Assembly (NCBI GenBank): GCA_951406725.2
Contig: OX597817.1
Span: forward strand, 147,808,001 to 147,872,000
Reading direction: 5' to 3'
Source of the DNA: Octopus vulgaris
Taxonomy: Eukaryota
DNA length: 64,000 bases
Both the position numbers and the translations under genes were made by a program. The notes beneath the pieces are model-generated. The model did not search any database, was not told the origin of the DNA, and was given only the letters and a program-made list of their open reading frames with translations. This document shows positions 36,908 to 51,560 of the stretch, piece by piece (positions within the stretch are counted from its first letter, which is position 1; each line of letters opens with the position of its first letter).

Positions 36908-37797
36908 TAATGATATTGATAATGATACTGATGATGTCGATCGCAAGGATGAGGAATATGATGACGAAATTCAGGTTGATAGTTGTAATGTTGTGACAAT
37001 TGTGTCACTGACGAATGTTAGGGGAGAAAAAAAGTAAAGCTAACAACAGACACATCAAATAAGAAAACGAAATATATACTGAATAAATAAAAAAAAAGAA
37101 ACAAACATGAATTAAGAAACACCACCACAACCAACCAAACAACCATCCACCACCACCGCCGCCGCCTCTGCAGCCGACACCTCCACCACCATCACCAACG
37201 CTCCCAACAACAGCAAAACAACAATAATAGCAACAGGAGGAACAGAAACATGAACGAGAATAACAACAGTGAATCTTAACAAATGGTAAAGACAGGACAT
37301 ATGGTATTGTGTAGTCAAATTAAGGAAGTCAATGGAATCTGACGATATTACGGATGGATCTAGAAAATGGACAATTGTACATCGATGAGAAGATATAAAA
37401 GAATGCTGATTAAGCTCTTGTCAACGTTATTGAAGGACCAGTAGAGGTTGCGGTGGCTGAGCCTATATAATAAAACCACAGTATTGGAGGGACTGCCATT
37501 TCTAAGCAGATGTCATAGGATATAATGGCGGTATTTGAAATGGTATACAAGAAAAAAAAAACGATTGGGGGGAAGATGGGAGATGGAAAGAGGAGAATAG
37601 AGTGAGGGAGGAGGAGTAGAATGAGAGTAGGAAAAGGAGGAATATGAGTAGGAGGGAATCGTGGTTGAGATATGGAGCTGTCTGAATTAGAAGTGAATTG
37701 AATATGAGCGAGAGAAGCTGAAAATCTTGACGAGTAAAATAGAAACAGATAAAGAAATGTATAGTGAAGGGAACAGAATGAGTGAGTGAGTGAGTGA

Positions 37798-37844
<47 letters not shown>

Positions 37845-37991
37845 TGAGAGTGTGTGTTTGTGTGATAGAGAGAGACATAGAGAGAGAAAGCGAGAAAATG
37901 AGAGTGGAAAAGAGAGACAGAAAGAAAGACAGAGCACGGGAGAGAGAAAGAATGTGGAAAACAATTGTAGAAATTAATATATATATGTATT

Positions 37992-38070
<79 letters not shown>

Positions 38071-38122
38071 GTGTGTGGGTATATATGTGTGTGTGTGTGT
38101 GTGTGTGTGCGTATAGGTGGGG

Positions 38123-38173
<51 letters not shown>

Positions 38174-38600
38174 GTGTGTGTGTGTGTGTGAATTTATATA
38201 TGCACAGCTATAAAGGAAAGCGGAATAAATTATTAGAGAGAAAAGAGAAAGAGAAAGAGAATTTGAGATGGAAATGGTGCTACAAACACATATACAGAGT
38301 GAGAAATTGAAAGAGAGAGAGAGAAAGAAAGAGAGAGAGAGAGAGGGGAGAAATAGAAAAAGAAAATAGGCAAGAATGATAAAGGGAAAGATAGAGGAGC
38401 TGTGATGACGGAAAGGAACAAACCGACACAAAGGAAGAAAGAAACCAAGATAAAGAGAAGATGTGAAATAAATGTAAGCGATAATAAAGGGTGAAAGACA
38501 GAAAAATGGAAATGAAACCGAAAATATGAAAAGAAGGAAAATAGAGCGAATGAAGTAAAGAAAAGAAATTGAAAAATAATTTATGCATATACCTTGGTGT

Positions 38601-39155
38601 GTGGAGGTAGATGGCCTAGTGGTTAGAGCAGCGGACTCGCGGTCGAGAGATCGCGGGTTCGAATCTTAGACCGGGCGTTGTGTGTGTTTATGAGAGAAAC
38701 ATCTAAGCTCCACGCGGCTCCGGCATAAGGTAATTTATTTCTTTACTACCCACAAGGGGCTAAACACAGAGGGGACAAACAAGGACAGACAAACAGATTA
38801 AGTCGATTATATCGATTCCAGTGCGTAACTGGTACTTATTTAATCGACCCCGAAAGGATGAAAGACAAAGTCGACCTCGGCGGAATTCGAACTCAGAACG
38901 TAATGGCAGACGAAATACCGCTAAACATTTCGCCCGTCGTGCTAACGTTTCTGCCAATTCACCGCCCTTCTGCTCCGGCAGAAGGTAATGGCGAACTGCT
39001 GCCCACTCTTTCGCCACAACTTTCTCTCACTCTTTCCTCCTGCATCTTGTAGCTTCACCTGCGATGGACCGGCGTCCCATCCAGGTGGGGAACCTATACG
39101 CCAAGGAAACCGGGAAACCTGCCCTTATGTGCCAGGCATGGCTCAAGAAGGAACA
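38601..39155 (+). mobile_element. SINE family C (tail type 1) interrupted by family B
   Basis: Head GTGGAGGTAGATGGCCTAGTGGTTAGAGCAGCGGACTCGCGG; the element resumes at 38972. Confidence 0.85.
38735..38971 (-). mobile_element. SINE family B nested in family C with an 18-bp TSD
   Basis: Flanked by GCTCCGGCA[T/G]AAGGTAAT at 38717-38734 and 38972-38989. Confidence 0.88.
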
Positions 39156-39469
39156 AACATCTTGGTGTACGTGCGAACATGCGTTTCTGCATGTGGGCGT
39201 GGGAGTATATGTGAATGTATATGTGCGTCCATGTGTAGATTTGTGCACGTGTTTGTCTGTGTGTATGTGTGTAAATATAGGCGCATGCATAAAAGTTTAT
39301 ACAAGAAACTGTTGAACGTATGTTTTTTTCTTTTTCATTGATGATTTTAAAGTCTTTAACTTTCGTTTTAATATAAGGCGAAATATTGGAAAAGAAAAGA
39401 ACTCCACGAAGGGCATAGTACCCATAACATGGCAGCATTCGTAAATTTGGAAATTTAAATTTACAAGCT

Positions 39470-39825
39470 TTTCTTTTGTTATTTTATTCTTTTACCTGTT
39501 TCAGTAACTTGACTGCGACCATGCTGAAGCACCACCTTCAGTCAAGTAAATCAACCCCAGGATATTTTGCCGAACTGCTAAGTTATGGGGACGGAAACAC
39601 GCCAGTATCGGTTGTCAAGCGATGGTGGGCGGACACAGCCAAAATACACACACACACACACATATACGACGAACTTCTTTCAGTTTCCACCTACCAAATC
39701 CACTCACGAGGTTTTGGTCGGCCCGAGGCTATAGAAGAAAACACCTGCTCAAAGTGCCACGCAGTGGGACTGAACCCGGAACTTATGATTGGGGAGCAAG
39801 CTACGTACCACACAGCCTCTCCTGC
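39470..39825 (-). mobile_element. SINE family A
   Basis: Colinear with other copies, with an internal deletion. Confidence 0.85.
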
Positions 39826-40299
39826 AAAAATGATTACTATGAGTGGAAGTTGATAAATATAAAAATGTAAGAGGTTATATCTTAATATCCTAATTATAAT
39901 TACAAACATCCTCCTCCTCTCCTTCCATCTCCAACTCACTCTCAGCCACTTCTTCTGTTGTCGTTCTCCTTTGCTTCGTACACCTTTAAATTTCTACCTT
40001 GTATTAATCCCTGTCGACGTATGCAGCTTACGTTTCCCTGCGTTCCTCATCAGTTGCAGCCAATTTCTCAGTCTGGGGATATAAAACTCTTCCGTTGTTC
40101 TCTTCTTTTTTTGCAACTCAAATTTCCCTTCAAGAAGTACTATTGCCGACATATTCGATGTTCTCTCCACAACAATTTCACTGTAATCTTTCTGTCGTTT
40201 TTTCTTTCAATTAATAAATAATTGGAAAGTAATAAATCCATAATAGAATCAACAAATTAGAGAATGAATGGTTCTAAATTTACTGCCGTTTCAAAAAAG

Positions 40300-40644
40300 T
40301 TCATCAGCACCATTATCATCAAAAATATCATCAACAGCAACGTAGACACGGCAGCCACTCCCTTCATCGTAATCATCAACATCATCATCAGCAGCAGCAG
40401 CATCGTCAATATCATCATCATCATCATCATCATCACCAGTATCATCAAATCCACCACCACCATTATCATCATTGGCATCATCATCATCACCCCTAGGATA
40501 ACTACTACCACCTCCATTATGATAATTATTATCGTCATTATTGACATCATCGTCACCGTCATCATCATCATCACCATCATCATAACCATCATCATAACCA
40601 TCATCGTCACCATCATCATAACCATCATCACCAACACCACCACC

Positions 40645-40677
<33 letters not shown>

Positions 40678-40945
40678 TTACAGATCTCTTACACATTTTT
40701 GGACAGATTGATTAGGAATGGCTGCAGAATTTAAATTAAACGGAACATAGGTTAATGAATTGATAATTCTAAACATCTAAAGCTTAACTATATTTACCAG
40801 CATTTTTCTCGTCATACTCATCATCATCATCATCATCATCCTCAACATCAACATCGTTATCATCATCATCGTCATTATCACATTATTCTTCCCTTTTACC
40901 TCGAACACCTCGTTATCATCATCATCATTAATCTTCATCAACATC
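40300..40945. repeat. Degenerate (CAT)n/(CAC)n trinucleotide blocks
   Basis: Direct reading; they produce the poly-I and poly-M ORFs. Confidence 0.9.
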
Positions 40946-41636
40946 ATCTCTCTCTACGGAAAATTGGCGACCCATTAAATCAGGAAGCAATTTAAAAATT
41001 TACACCATACAAATTAAGTCAAAGCTAATTTTCTCTTGTTAATAATATTTAATGATTATAACATTTAAATCATTAAGAAATTGTAACTTGTAAACAGTAG
41101 AACATTGTGATCCGAATTAAACATTGTTAGGGTTGTTTAGTAAATGAATACACCACTTTATTCGAAAGAATAAAAGAATGTTATTCCTTTAATCGTTATT
41201 ACTTCCTTGATTTACCTTGATTTACCTTGATTGTGTCCTTTGGGTAACACCTAGAAAGGTTTAGTCGATGGATTCAAAATTCATTACTAATGTATTTTTA
41301 AGGTTTGATCTTTATTCTATTTTGCACATTTTACTGAAATTAGGGGAATATGAACAAACCAGTCCTGGTTGTTAAGCAAGGAGAGACAAACATATATACA
41401 GGTACACACAGGAGTGTACACATGCATACGCGAACCTACACCTCCACACACACACACACACACACACATACATATACATACATAGACTATATATATATAT
41501 ATGTAAAATCAAAATAGGCAACAGGATATCCAGAGGTTATGCAGTACGACCGTTTCAAGCGACTCCATTTAATTGAACAATGCAATCATTACATCAATGT
41601 AAATGTAGGCCTATATATAATATATAATATAATATA

Positions 41637-41680
<44 letters not shown>

Positions 41681-42739
41681 CCAAAATGGAGACCAACATC
41701 ACTCCTTCATGTGATCGGCTTGAAATATTAAAATTGTAACATATTTTCTACTGTTGCCGTGGTGCAACATCCTAACTACTAGGTCTCTCTCTCTCTCTCT
41801 CACACACACACGCGCGCGCGCGTTTTATCTCTTATCTTTTACTAGTATCAGTCATGAGACTGCGGCCATGCTGGAGCACAGAGAATTTAAATAAACAAAT
41901 AAAAACTAACAGCGGTTATTTTTTATTTGCAATAGAGACCGATAGAATAAGTACTGGGGTCGATTTGCTCGGCTAAAGGTGGTGCTCCAGCATGACCACA
42001 GTCAAATGCTTGAAACAAGTAAAAGAGTAAAAAGTGTAATGAAAACCAACGTGAGAACATGCACAAGAAATGGATTAGCTTGGTGCTCGGTAAAAAAGCG
42101 AGAGTTTGATGTTTCGAGCATAGCTCTTCATCGGAAAGGAGAAAGGGAAAAGTCCAAAGAAGGAAAAGAAATCGCCAACGGAAGACGTGTATATATGGCT
42201 GGATTACGTTAAGATTTCGATACTCTATTTACCCACGGGTATTTGTCAACCCAGTATACGGCAGAAAAGCACGTGTTCATACAGCTGTGCAGTGTGGAAG
42301 TGATACCGAAACCACATAGAGGCTAATCAAACCTTTTAATCACATACAAACACCCACGCCTACGCATGTAGACCGAAAAGATAAATTGATATTTGTTAGC
42401 TGTGAACACTACCGGCCATTATAGAGAGACATTTTAAATAATAATAAAGAGAACATACTCATGTATGTAAGAGGATGATACGATAAAGAAGACAGCAACC
42501 AGAACAAGAACATTAGCAATATCCCATTATAGTATAAACTTATTAAATGAGAGTGGGAATTATGTTAGATAGTAATTAACTACAAGTAATTATTGATTTA
42601 TTTACTTTCTTTCCCTGACTAAAATGTTTAAAATTAATTAATTTTTTTAATTCATAAAAATCTTCTGTACATTAAACTTATTTATCATTAAATTTAAATT
42701 ACATATCTACTTTTTATTTAACGATTCGATATTTCCCAC

Positions 42740-42884
42740 ATGATGATGATGATGGCAATAATGACGATGATGGTGGCGGTGGTGTGGTAGAGGTAGTGGT
42801 CGTGGTGCTGCTGGTGATGGTGGAGGTGCTGGTGGTTAGTCGCGGAAGTGATGATGAGGGTAGTTGTGGTGGTGTTAATGCAAG

Positions 42885-42935
<51 letters not shown>

Positions 42936-43152
42936 CGATGATGATGACGATGATGATGATGATGATGATGATGATGGTGGTGATGAAGATTATGATGAAG
43001 TGTTGATGGAAATGTTGGTCATGGTGGAGGTGATAGCAGTGAATATGATGATGATGATGATGCTGATGCTGATAATGAAGACGATGATGATGGTAAGGAT
43101 AATGAATGAAGGTTATGGTGAAGATGATTATGGTGTTGGTGGTAGTGGTGGT
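42740..43152. repeat. Degenerate (GAT)n/(GGT)n trinucleotide block
   Basis: Direct reading. Confidence 0.9.
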
Positions 43153-43617
43153 TAAGGCAGTGCGGATGAAGGTAATAATGGCTGCTAAGACGATTCTGGC
43201 CCTAACGATGCTGCTGCCACTGATGTACATGCTACTAACCATAACTATCACAAATTGATAGATCGAAAGAGGCCTTTACGTTCTGAGTTAAAATCTAGTA
43301 CAGAAAGACAAGAGGGTAAAGCCCTTAGTAGAATGGTAAGAGCGGCTGTTGGAAAGAAACAGGGAAAGCTATGCTATGAGAAGATAAGCTGAATTAGGAG
43401 GAATGAAGGACAGCTTAACTTCTCTTAGCAATTGCGTCCCCTTTTCTCTCCGACACCCAATCTCACCATCCTACTAACGGCGTTACCCTTTTGTCTCCTT
43501 GTACTACACCACAATTATCTTACCTGAAATACACCGGTTCCCTTAACTCGAGTTCAAATCATTCAAAGACTGAATTCCGTTATCTGTGGCCGATAATATA
43601 AACACGAGTTAAATATA

Positions 43618-44085
<468 letters not shown>

Positions 44086-45249
44086 GAGAGTAAAAAAGAT
44101 TAGGGTCGATCTACTCCAATAATAAACCTCCACCTGAAATGTAATGAATTGTGCTTTTGATAGAGATCAGTGTTATATATCATTCCAGTAAAAGATTGCG
44201 GCGAAGACAAGGCTTATACGCAGCGAGTATGATATTCACGATTTCACCAAGGAATTGTTTCAACTTGACATCAATGGATAAGATATAATGTCTAAGAATT
44301 TTCCGAAAAGAACTTATATTTATCTACGACAACTAATTAGATAAAAAGACTTGTTTAAAATCATCTTGATACACGCTGATAATATTTGAACTCACACCTC
44401 GTAAGTAGAGCCATCAAAGACGTTATCCAAACAGCGAGTTTGGTACGTGAGTTTCAAATTAGATTTATTTAAGCATAGCAGCGAAAGTATTCTGTGTTGT
44501 TTATGAGGGTTGATGGCTGTTTGAGTCTATTAATAGTTGTTATAAGCTACATCCTTTTACTGATTCGCTCCATAAAGTTTTTCCTTAGTTTTTTTTTTAT
44601 TCTGGTCATCAAAACGTCTTATAGCTACGTTTTCTATTTTGAGTGTTATCGTTAGATATTAAATTTGTCCGTTAGATTATCTGATTTTGGTATAGTTTGT
44701 AATGAATTGCCAAGGAAATTAGTGGCTGCTTGGGAAAACACACACACGCATACACATACATATACATGCACTCATAGGTTGTTACTGTGTAACTTCCAAG
44801 TTAAACATAATACAATAGACATACTATCAAATAAAAACATAGACGTATCATCTAATGCATTCGAAATGCGGTTATCTCCCCTTTTCGAGATGTGTAACAA
44901 CATTATTATTATATTTTGTGATTTCAGGTCGGTTTCACAGCCATTTCTAGTAGAGTGAGAGACCACATAGGGGTATTTGTTGTTGCTTCTGTAAAGAGAT
45001 CTTAACTTCATTAGTGATACCCGATATTGAACATGTGAACCGATGCCATACGTTGGTTGCGGTTTCCAGTAAAATGTATTACGCTTGTTTCGTTGAATCT
45101 ATTGGGTTGTCCGGAAAGTTCGTGCCGATTTATAGTAGCTTACCTTTCGACTTATTTTAGAACCTCCATTTAGAGCACAGTTTAAGCTGTCTTTTCGTGG
45201 AAGAAGGTCTATGCTCCTATAACCTGTGTTAATTCTGTAACCCTTTAAA

Positions 45250-45477
45250 ATGGAAGCCAAGAAGGTTCATTTTCGGCACTTGATGCTTTTCTTTTTCCGT
45301 AAAGGGAAAAATGCCTCACAAGCAACCAAAGAAATATGCGCAGTTTACGGTGATGTTTCTTTATTTGAAAGAACTGTACGGAAGTGGTTCGCAAGGTTCC
45401 GAGCTGGAAATTGTAGCCTTATTGATAAAGAGCGATCAGGCAGACCATCCACTACAGATGATGACCAAATCAAGTAA
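45250..45477 (+). pseudogene. Mariner transposase N-terminal HTH fragment
   Basis: MEAKKVHFRHLMLFFFRKGKNASQATKEICAVYG..RTVRKWFARFRAGNCSLIDKERSGRP, then a stop codon and a SINE insertion; the catalytic domain is absent. Confidence 0.9.
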
Positions 45478-45499
45478 TTAATTGAGAATAACCCACATA

Positions 45500-45912
45500 G
45501 GCGCAGGAGTGACTGTGTGGTAAGTAGCTTGCTAACCAACCACATGGTTCCGGGTTCAGTCCCACTGCGTGGCATCTTGGGCAAGTGTCTTCTGCTATAG
45601 CTCCGGGCCGACCAATGCCTTGTGAGTGGATTTGGTAGACGGAAACTGAAAGAAGCCTGTCGTATATATGTATATATATATGTATGTGTATGTGTTTGTG
45701 TGTCTGTGTGTGTACCCCTAGCATTGCTTGACAACCGATGCTGGTGTGTTTACGTCCCCGTCACTTAGCGGTTCGGCAAAAGAGACCGATAGAATAAGTA
45801 CTGGGCTTACAAAGAATAAGTCCCGGGGTCGAGTTGCTTGACTAAAGGCGGTGCTCCAGCATGGCCGCAGTCAAATGACTGAAACATGTAAAAGAGTAAA
45901 AGAGTAAAGAGT
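45500..45912 (+). mobile_element. SINE family A nested in the mariner
   Basis: Full-length copy nearly identical to 6040-6453, with a (GAGTAAAA)n tail. Confidence 0.92.
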
Positions 45913-46401
45913 ATGGCAGAACACGAGAATTGGCAGAAAGCCGCAACCTCCTAACAAAATCTGTCGTTCATGAGCACCTAGTAAAGCTTGGGTAATGGCA
46001 AGTATTTATTGACCTATTTCTTTCCTTTAAAAATCGGCACGAACTTTCCGGACAACCCAATACTTTACAAGGAAAACGATCGAAGAAAATGTATGAACGA
46101 CTCAATTATTCTTTGTTCTTTACTAAGAGCATAGCGTCACCAGAAACCAGTGACGGCATTATGGATAGCGTTAAATGTAAAAGCGGCCATTGAAAAATCA
46201 CCTTCTTTAACAGTCACGCGTAAAACCATGTAGAAGCACCTTACCCTCTTTCTTTCTCATAAACTCAGTTTTTCGCTCACACACACGTAAAGATACACAT
46301 ACACGTATATGCATATCGAATATACATATATACATACATACATACACTGACATAGACACACACACATACATACACACACACACATATATATATATATATA
46401 C

Positions 46402-46572
46402 TCGGAGACCCCCTTCGGTCATGACTGACCATGGGATTGCACCTAGAAAGTTACCCTCCCAGGCATAAGTCCGGGCAAGGTTGTTTGTGGAAGGCCAGCA
46501 GTCGCCCATGCATACCATCCTCCCCTCTCCACGCCACCGATGTTATCCAAGGGAAAGGCAAAGACCGATACT
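46402..46572 (-). mobile_element. SINE tail module (RTE 5'UTR-like), also at 61750-61900
   Basis: GGTATGCATGGGCGACT..CCTTCCA.AAACAAC.TTGCCCGGACTTA is present in both copies. Confidence 0.65.
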
Positions 46573-46715
46573 GCTTTTTTTTGCCTTTGCCTTTGTACAT
46601 TCGGTGAAGCTTTACTATGGCGTCGTACGGTTATCGACTGTTAGTTCCAGCAAACATTTGGTACCTTGTTGTGCCACTATTTCCTATATACATGTAGCCA
46701 CACACACACACACAT

Positions 46716-46756
<41 letters not shown>

Positions 46757-47373
46757 ATCGTTTGTGTCTCAGTTTGATGAAGGCCTAACAAATTTAGATG
46801 CTAGAATAGTGCTGGATAATTTTGTTAAAGCGAACAAGACCCGCACTCAAGTTTACCCCTCATTCGTTTCCGCACAATAAGGCCGGTGGCAACCAAATGG
46901 GATGCGAACTGAGATTATATGAGAACGCAGAGAATAACCAACATTGCTCCATACCTCTCAGTTCCATCCAACTTGTGTGTTCAGATCCTAAATCAGATGT
47001 ATGTCTTGTATCGCGCTTTCTGGCCCAGCCTAGCGGTATGTTGTTCCCTACTTCTTTCTAATGATTTACTCGCTGCTGCAGGTTCGATACTCTGGAGGTG
47101 AAGGTTGCTTATTTCTTTCCATGCCTCATATACATGAAATACGAGCATGTCATCATGTCACTAAACATACACGCTCAGATTCAACGTGTGAATGTGAATA
47201 TTGTTGGGTGGCAATTGACGTCATTGAGTTTATCTGATCTTTGATGAAGCTTGTTTTTCATCTGGCAGGCTATGAAAATGAACCTCCTCACCAAGCATGC
47301 AAAGCAAGCAAGCAAGCAAGCTTAGTTGAGTTCTCAAATTAGTCACCGTCAACGAGGCTATGCTAAAGGTTTT

Positions 47374-47605
47374 AGGCGAGCTAGCAGAAACGTTAGCACG
47401 CCGGGCGAAATGCGTAGCCGTATTTCGACTGCCGTTAAGTTCTGAGTTCAAATTCCTCCAAGGTCAACTTTGCCTTTCATCCTTTCGGGGTCGATAAATT
47501 AAGTACCAGTTACGCACTGGGGTCGATATAATCGACTTAATCCGTTTGTCTGTCCTTGTTTGTGCTCTCTGTGTTTAGCCCCTTGTGGGTAGTAAAGAAA
47601 TAGGT
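47374..47605 (+). mobile_element. SINE family B, full length
   Basis: Colinear with 36563-36795. Confidence 0.9.
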
Positions 47606-47743
47606 TTTACTGGGTTACATGTAGCGATCAAAAGGAACCAGATACACATAGACTTATAAGTGTAAATATAAACCTACACATTATACAGAAAATCCCCTAC
47701 TATGAAATGCCGATACAAACAGATCTTTCCCCATCAAATATAA

Positions 47744-47776
<33 letters not shown>

Positions 47777-48693
47777 TACACGCACACCCACACACTCACA
47801 TATTTCTACACTATTGAACCGAGAATATAGAACACGGTGCTAGGTTTTCTCTGGAATAAGACTCCTAGTCACTATAGGGTTTGAGGCATTCCACTAACCG
47901 GGTATCTGATAAAAGATACTGTCTAAAGTTGATTTGCAGTGGAATCGATCCCAGAAGACGATGTTCTTATAGCAAAACTTTTAGTAACATAACCATTAGA
48001 TTTCCACTGCAGACGTTGAAATATTTTCGACAACTTCAAACCCCTTTTGTTTGCCATTAAAAATTTATTGATTTTTATTTTCCCGTGACTAAGATAAGTA
48101 AATCAACTATTTTAAAATTCAATAATACTTTGTGTAGCCCCATATCTGGTTTTAATCTCATTCATACTTTGTGAAAATTTGATTCGGCCATAAATTATTG
48201 ATTGCATAGCGTGATATCGATTTAGTAGAACATGATTTTTTGTTTTTATTTTGCAATCTAAAATGCAAAATAAAAATGTATTTTACACTGTACTAATTCA
48301 ATAAAAGTTGAAGTTAATTATATTATTGAAAATTTATTTGAGGATTTTCTAAAATTTGTTTCGTAAATGATCAATTATTTGGTTTATGTTCACTAGCCAG
48401 GCTGATAACTGTTTAATCTCTTAAATAAATTGAGGTTATTCCCATCTCTATTTGTTGATTTGTCTGTAATCTTAGTTAAATTATCGGCTACTGTTTCCCT
48501 AAAACCACTGTCGTTTGCTGACCAAAATTATCTTTTTGTTTATATATCTTATTTATGAAAGTCATTAGGAATCTAATTTGAATAAAATATTTCAACCCTT
48601 AAATTTTGTGTTCGTTTCTTGCCTCTGAAAAGCATCTTGTCAAGTTGGTAGGGTTACACAACAACTTGTTGAGTATCTGTTCTGTCTCTTCCC

Positions 48694-48728
<35 letters not shown>

Positions 48729-48917
48729 TTCTCTCACACAGAATTCTGTTTTAATATTTCTCTGTTGAAGGACATAAACTTTACGCCGTCATCGACGTAG
48801 CATTCATTAGTCATATAGTGTCTCTGTTTTCTTTATAGGTTGTCATAATCGAAAAGGGAACAATTAGATCGTCATTCTGCTAAAAATAACTCTTAAATCT
48901 CGCTCGAAACACACCTT

Positions 48918-49200
48918 GTGGAGGTACATGTCCCAGTGGTTAGAGCAGCAGGCTCGCGGGGTCGAATCTCAGACCGGGGAATGTGTGTTTATGAGCGAAA
49001 CACCTAAGCTCCACGCGGCTCCGGCAGAAGGTAATGGCGAACTTCTGCCCACTCTTTTGCCACAACCTTCTCACAATCTTTCCTCCTGCATCTTGCAACT
49101 CACCGATGACGGACCGGCGTCCCGTCCAGGTGGGGAACCTATACGCCAAGAAAACTGGGAAACCGGCCCTATGAGCCAGGCGTGACTCGAGAAGGAACAA
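48918..49200 (+). mobile_element. SINE family C with tail type 1
   Basis: Head GTGGAGGTACATGTCCCAGTGGTTAGAGCAGC; body and tail as in the 38601 copy. Confidence 0.85.
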
Positions 49201-49852
49201 AATCACACCTTACCGTCCTAGGAAGCAAGAGAAACATTGAATAATGTAGTCCTAAATACACTATATCAAATTAAAAACTAAAAGATAGCCATTTTTGGAA
49301 CGCCTTTGTTTATAGGCTGGCTCAATAAGAGCTGACATAGGACTAAGCAATATCATCAACAGCAAAACCGAATATCTCAATATCTTCATGTTATTTTATT
49401 ACAGCTACGTAAAACGGGCGCTGAGAGATAAGCGATTTCGCGGTTGGACATACTGCAATGGCGCCATCGATGACTTATTAACGGTCAACGTTATTAACCT
49501 AGAAACCGAACGTGTCATATCTCTGCCATTTGTATTTATCAATTGCGTACTCCAATGAAAACATACTGTGTTGTAAGATTCGGTGTATTGTGTACGCAGG
49601 ACATCAAATATTCTGGAAGTGGGAATGAAAAAAACACAAAATAAATAAATAAATAAATAAAGTCTATGTAAATACGAAAACTTATTTTAAATTGTGATTC
49701 GTTTCAATGTTTAATTCATATTAAGGAGCCAAAGGAAAGAGATTTACTGAGTGTCGCTTAGTCGCTTAGGAATACAGTGGTTGGACAAAAAAGAGAAACA
49801 TTTATTGAAATATTTTTTCTATTAGCAATATGACAAATTAAAATTGCACACG

Positions 49853-49918
<66 letters not shown>

Positions 49919-49984
49919 CCTATCCATTGTGTATGCTTTGTACTTCATAATATAACCCTATGTGTTTATGCTTAGCATATAGGT

Positions 49985-50397
49985 TTTTATTCTTTTATTC
50001 TTTTACTTGTTTCAGTCATTTGACTGCGGCCATGCTGGAGCGCCGCCTTTAGTCGAACAAATTGACTCCAGCACTTATTCTTTGTAAGCCTTGTACATAT
50101 TATATCTGTCTCTTTTTGCCAAACCGCTAATTTACGGGGACGTAAACACAACAACATTGGTTGTCAAACGATGCTTGGGCGGAAGAGGGAGGCAAACAAA
50201 CACACAAACATATACATATATACACATGTATACGACGGGCTTCTTACAGTTTCTGTATACCAAATCCACTCACAAGGCTTTGATCGGTCCGTGGCTGTAG
50301 TAGAAGACACTTAGCCAAGGTGCCATTCAATTCAGTAGGACTGAACTCAAAACCATGTGGTTGGGAAGCAAGCTTCCTACCACACAGCCACGCCTGT
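49985..50397 (-). mobile_element. SINE family A
   Basis: Colinear with 6040-6453. Confidence 0.88.
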
Positions 50398-50584
50398 GTG
50401 TAATGTAAAATATGTTACAATGTTGCGCTATCTGATTCCCAAAGAGAACAGGTCGATGGAGCGCAGGTGATTGAAGCTTCAACCACTAAAAGCACTGACT
50501 TGTATATTGTTTCCTTCCTTCTCGAGTCATATAGACGTTTTGCATATATCCCTCCTTGGAAGGAACTAGAGTCCGTCGATAGAA

Positions 50585-50731
50585 TACGTATTTTTGCCAG
50601 CTGAGTGGACTGAGCAACGTGAAATAAAGTATCTTGCTCAAGAACATAATGCGTCGCCCGGTCCAATAATCGAAACCACAATCTTAGAATCGTAAGTCTA
50701 ACACCCTAACCACTAAACTATGCGCCTCCAC
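50585..50731 (-). mobile_element. SINE family D, head and body
   Basis: Reverse complement reads GTGGAGGCGCATAGTTTAGTGGTTAGG..GGTTTCGATT..TTCTTGAGCAAGATACTTTATTTCACGTTGCTCAGTCCACTCAGCTGG. Confidence 0.8.
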
Positions 50732-50734
50732 TTC

Positions 50735-51560
50735 TATTGTTTCGGAAGGCACTGTCTCTAAAATCAAGCTTGCATAAGAAAAAAGGTAAAACCCGCTCTA
50801 GCAAGCAAAATTCTGAACAGATGGCAAAGATCACAGAGAGAGACCGCAGACTAGTGAACCGCATTTTGTATAAAAACGATCGATCGGCCTAGGGTTGCAA
50901 AATTTATTGCAGAGCTAAATTGCCACCTTGCCAACCTTATATCATCCACAACCGTTCGTCTTGCGCTCCACAAAGCTTGGTAACATGTGATGGCTGCAAC
51001 TGCGAAATCTCTCTTGTTTACCATCAACATTGATAAGCAGAAAAAAATGGTAACTACACTTTCAGTGGTGGTCAATGGCTCAACGGATCAATAACGATTC
51101 CGATGAATCATCAATCACACATTTTCCCAGATCGAAGCAAGTTTATGTCTGGAGACAGCTTAATAAAGCCTTCAACTTTGACTGTTCGGCCTCTAACCGT
51201 GAAGCATCGAGGTGTGTCTGTGGATAGACAACCATATTACTGAATTATTTTGTCCCTTTCGTTGTTCTACATGGCCGTGTTATCACCGAGGACCATCCCA
51301 ATATTTCTATTAATCATGTCAATTCTAGTTTACAAATATTCTTCCTAGGTGATGCAATGCTCCCTGTCGATAATGCGCCGATTGGAACGCCTATTACTAG
51401 TCAAAATTGATACTAAGAACACAAACGTTAATAGCCCCCACTTCCATGGCCGAGTCCCATTGAGCAAGTGACGTGCCGTTTCATTCCACTATCGTCACTT
51501 AACGAGCTAAATCAGTTTTCAATTGAAAAATAGCTCAAAATTTCCCTGATAATCATTATG
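50735..51560 (+). mobile_element. Decayed Tc1-like transposase relic
   Basis: Fragments VSEGTVSKI..KITERDRRLVNRIL..AELN..TTVRLALHK..SDESS..TVKH..DNAP. Confidence 0.7.

Larger units (their letters stand above)
45102..46060 (+). mobile_element. Internally deleted mariner transposon with perfect 30-bp TIRs
   Basis: TIR TTGGGTTGTCCGGAAAGTTCGTGCCGATTT at 45102-45131 and 46031-46060, with TA on both sides; encodes a transposase N-terminus. Confidence 0.95.

Noticed and set aside
40021-40060. Minus-strand CTGATGA...GAAACGTA hammerhead-like string
   Set aside because: Stem II cannot close (G opposite G), and stem I does not pair next to the core.
40257-43251. Long ORFs of poly-I, poly-M and poly-D
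   Set aside because: They are translations of (CAT)n/(GAT)n microsatellites.
44920-45000. Possible small exon (TTTCAG|GTCGGT...)
   Set aside because: No convincing donor site or protein similarity; it cannot be supported without RNA data.
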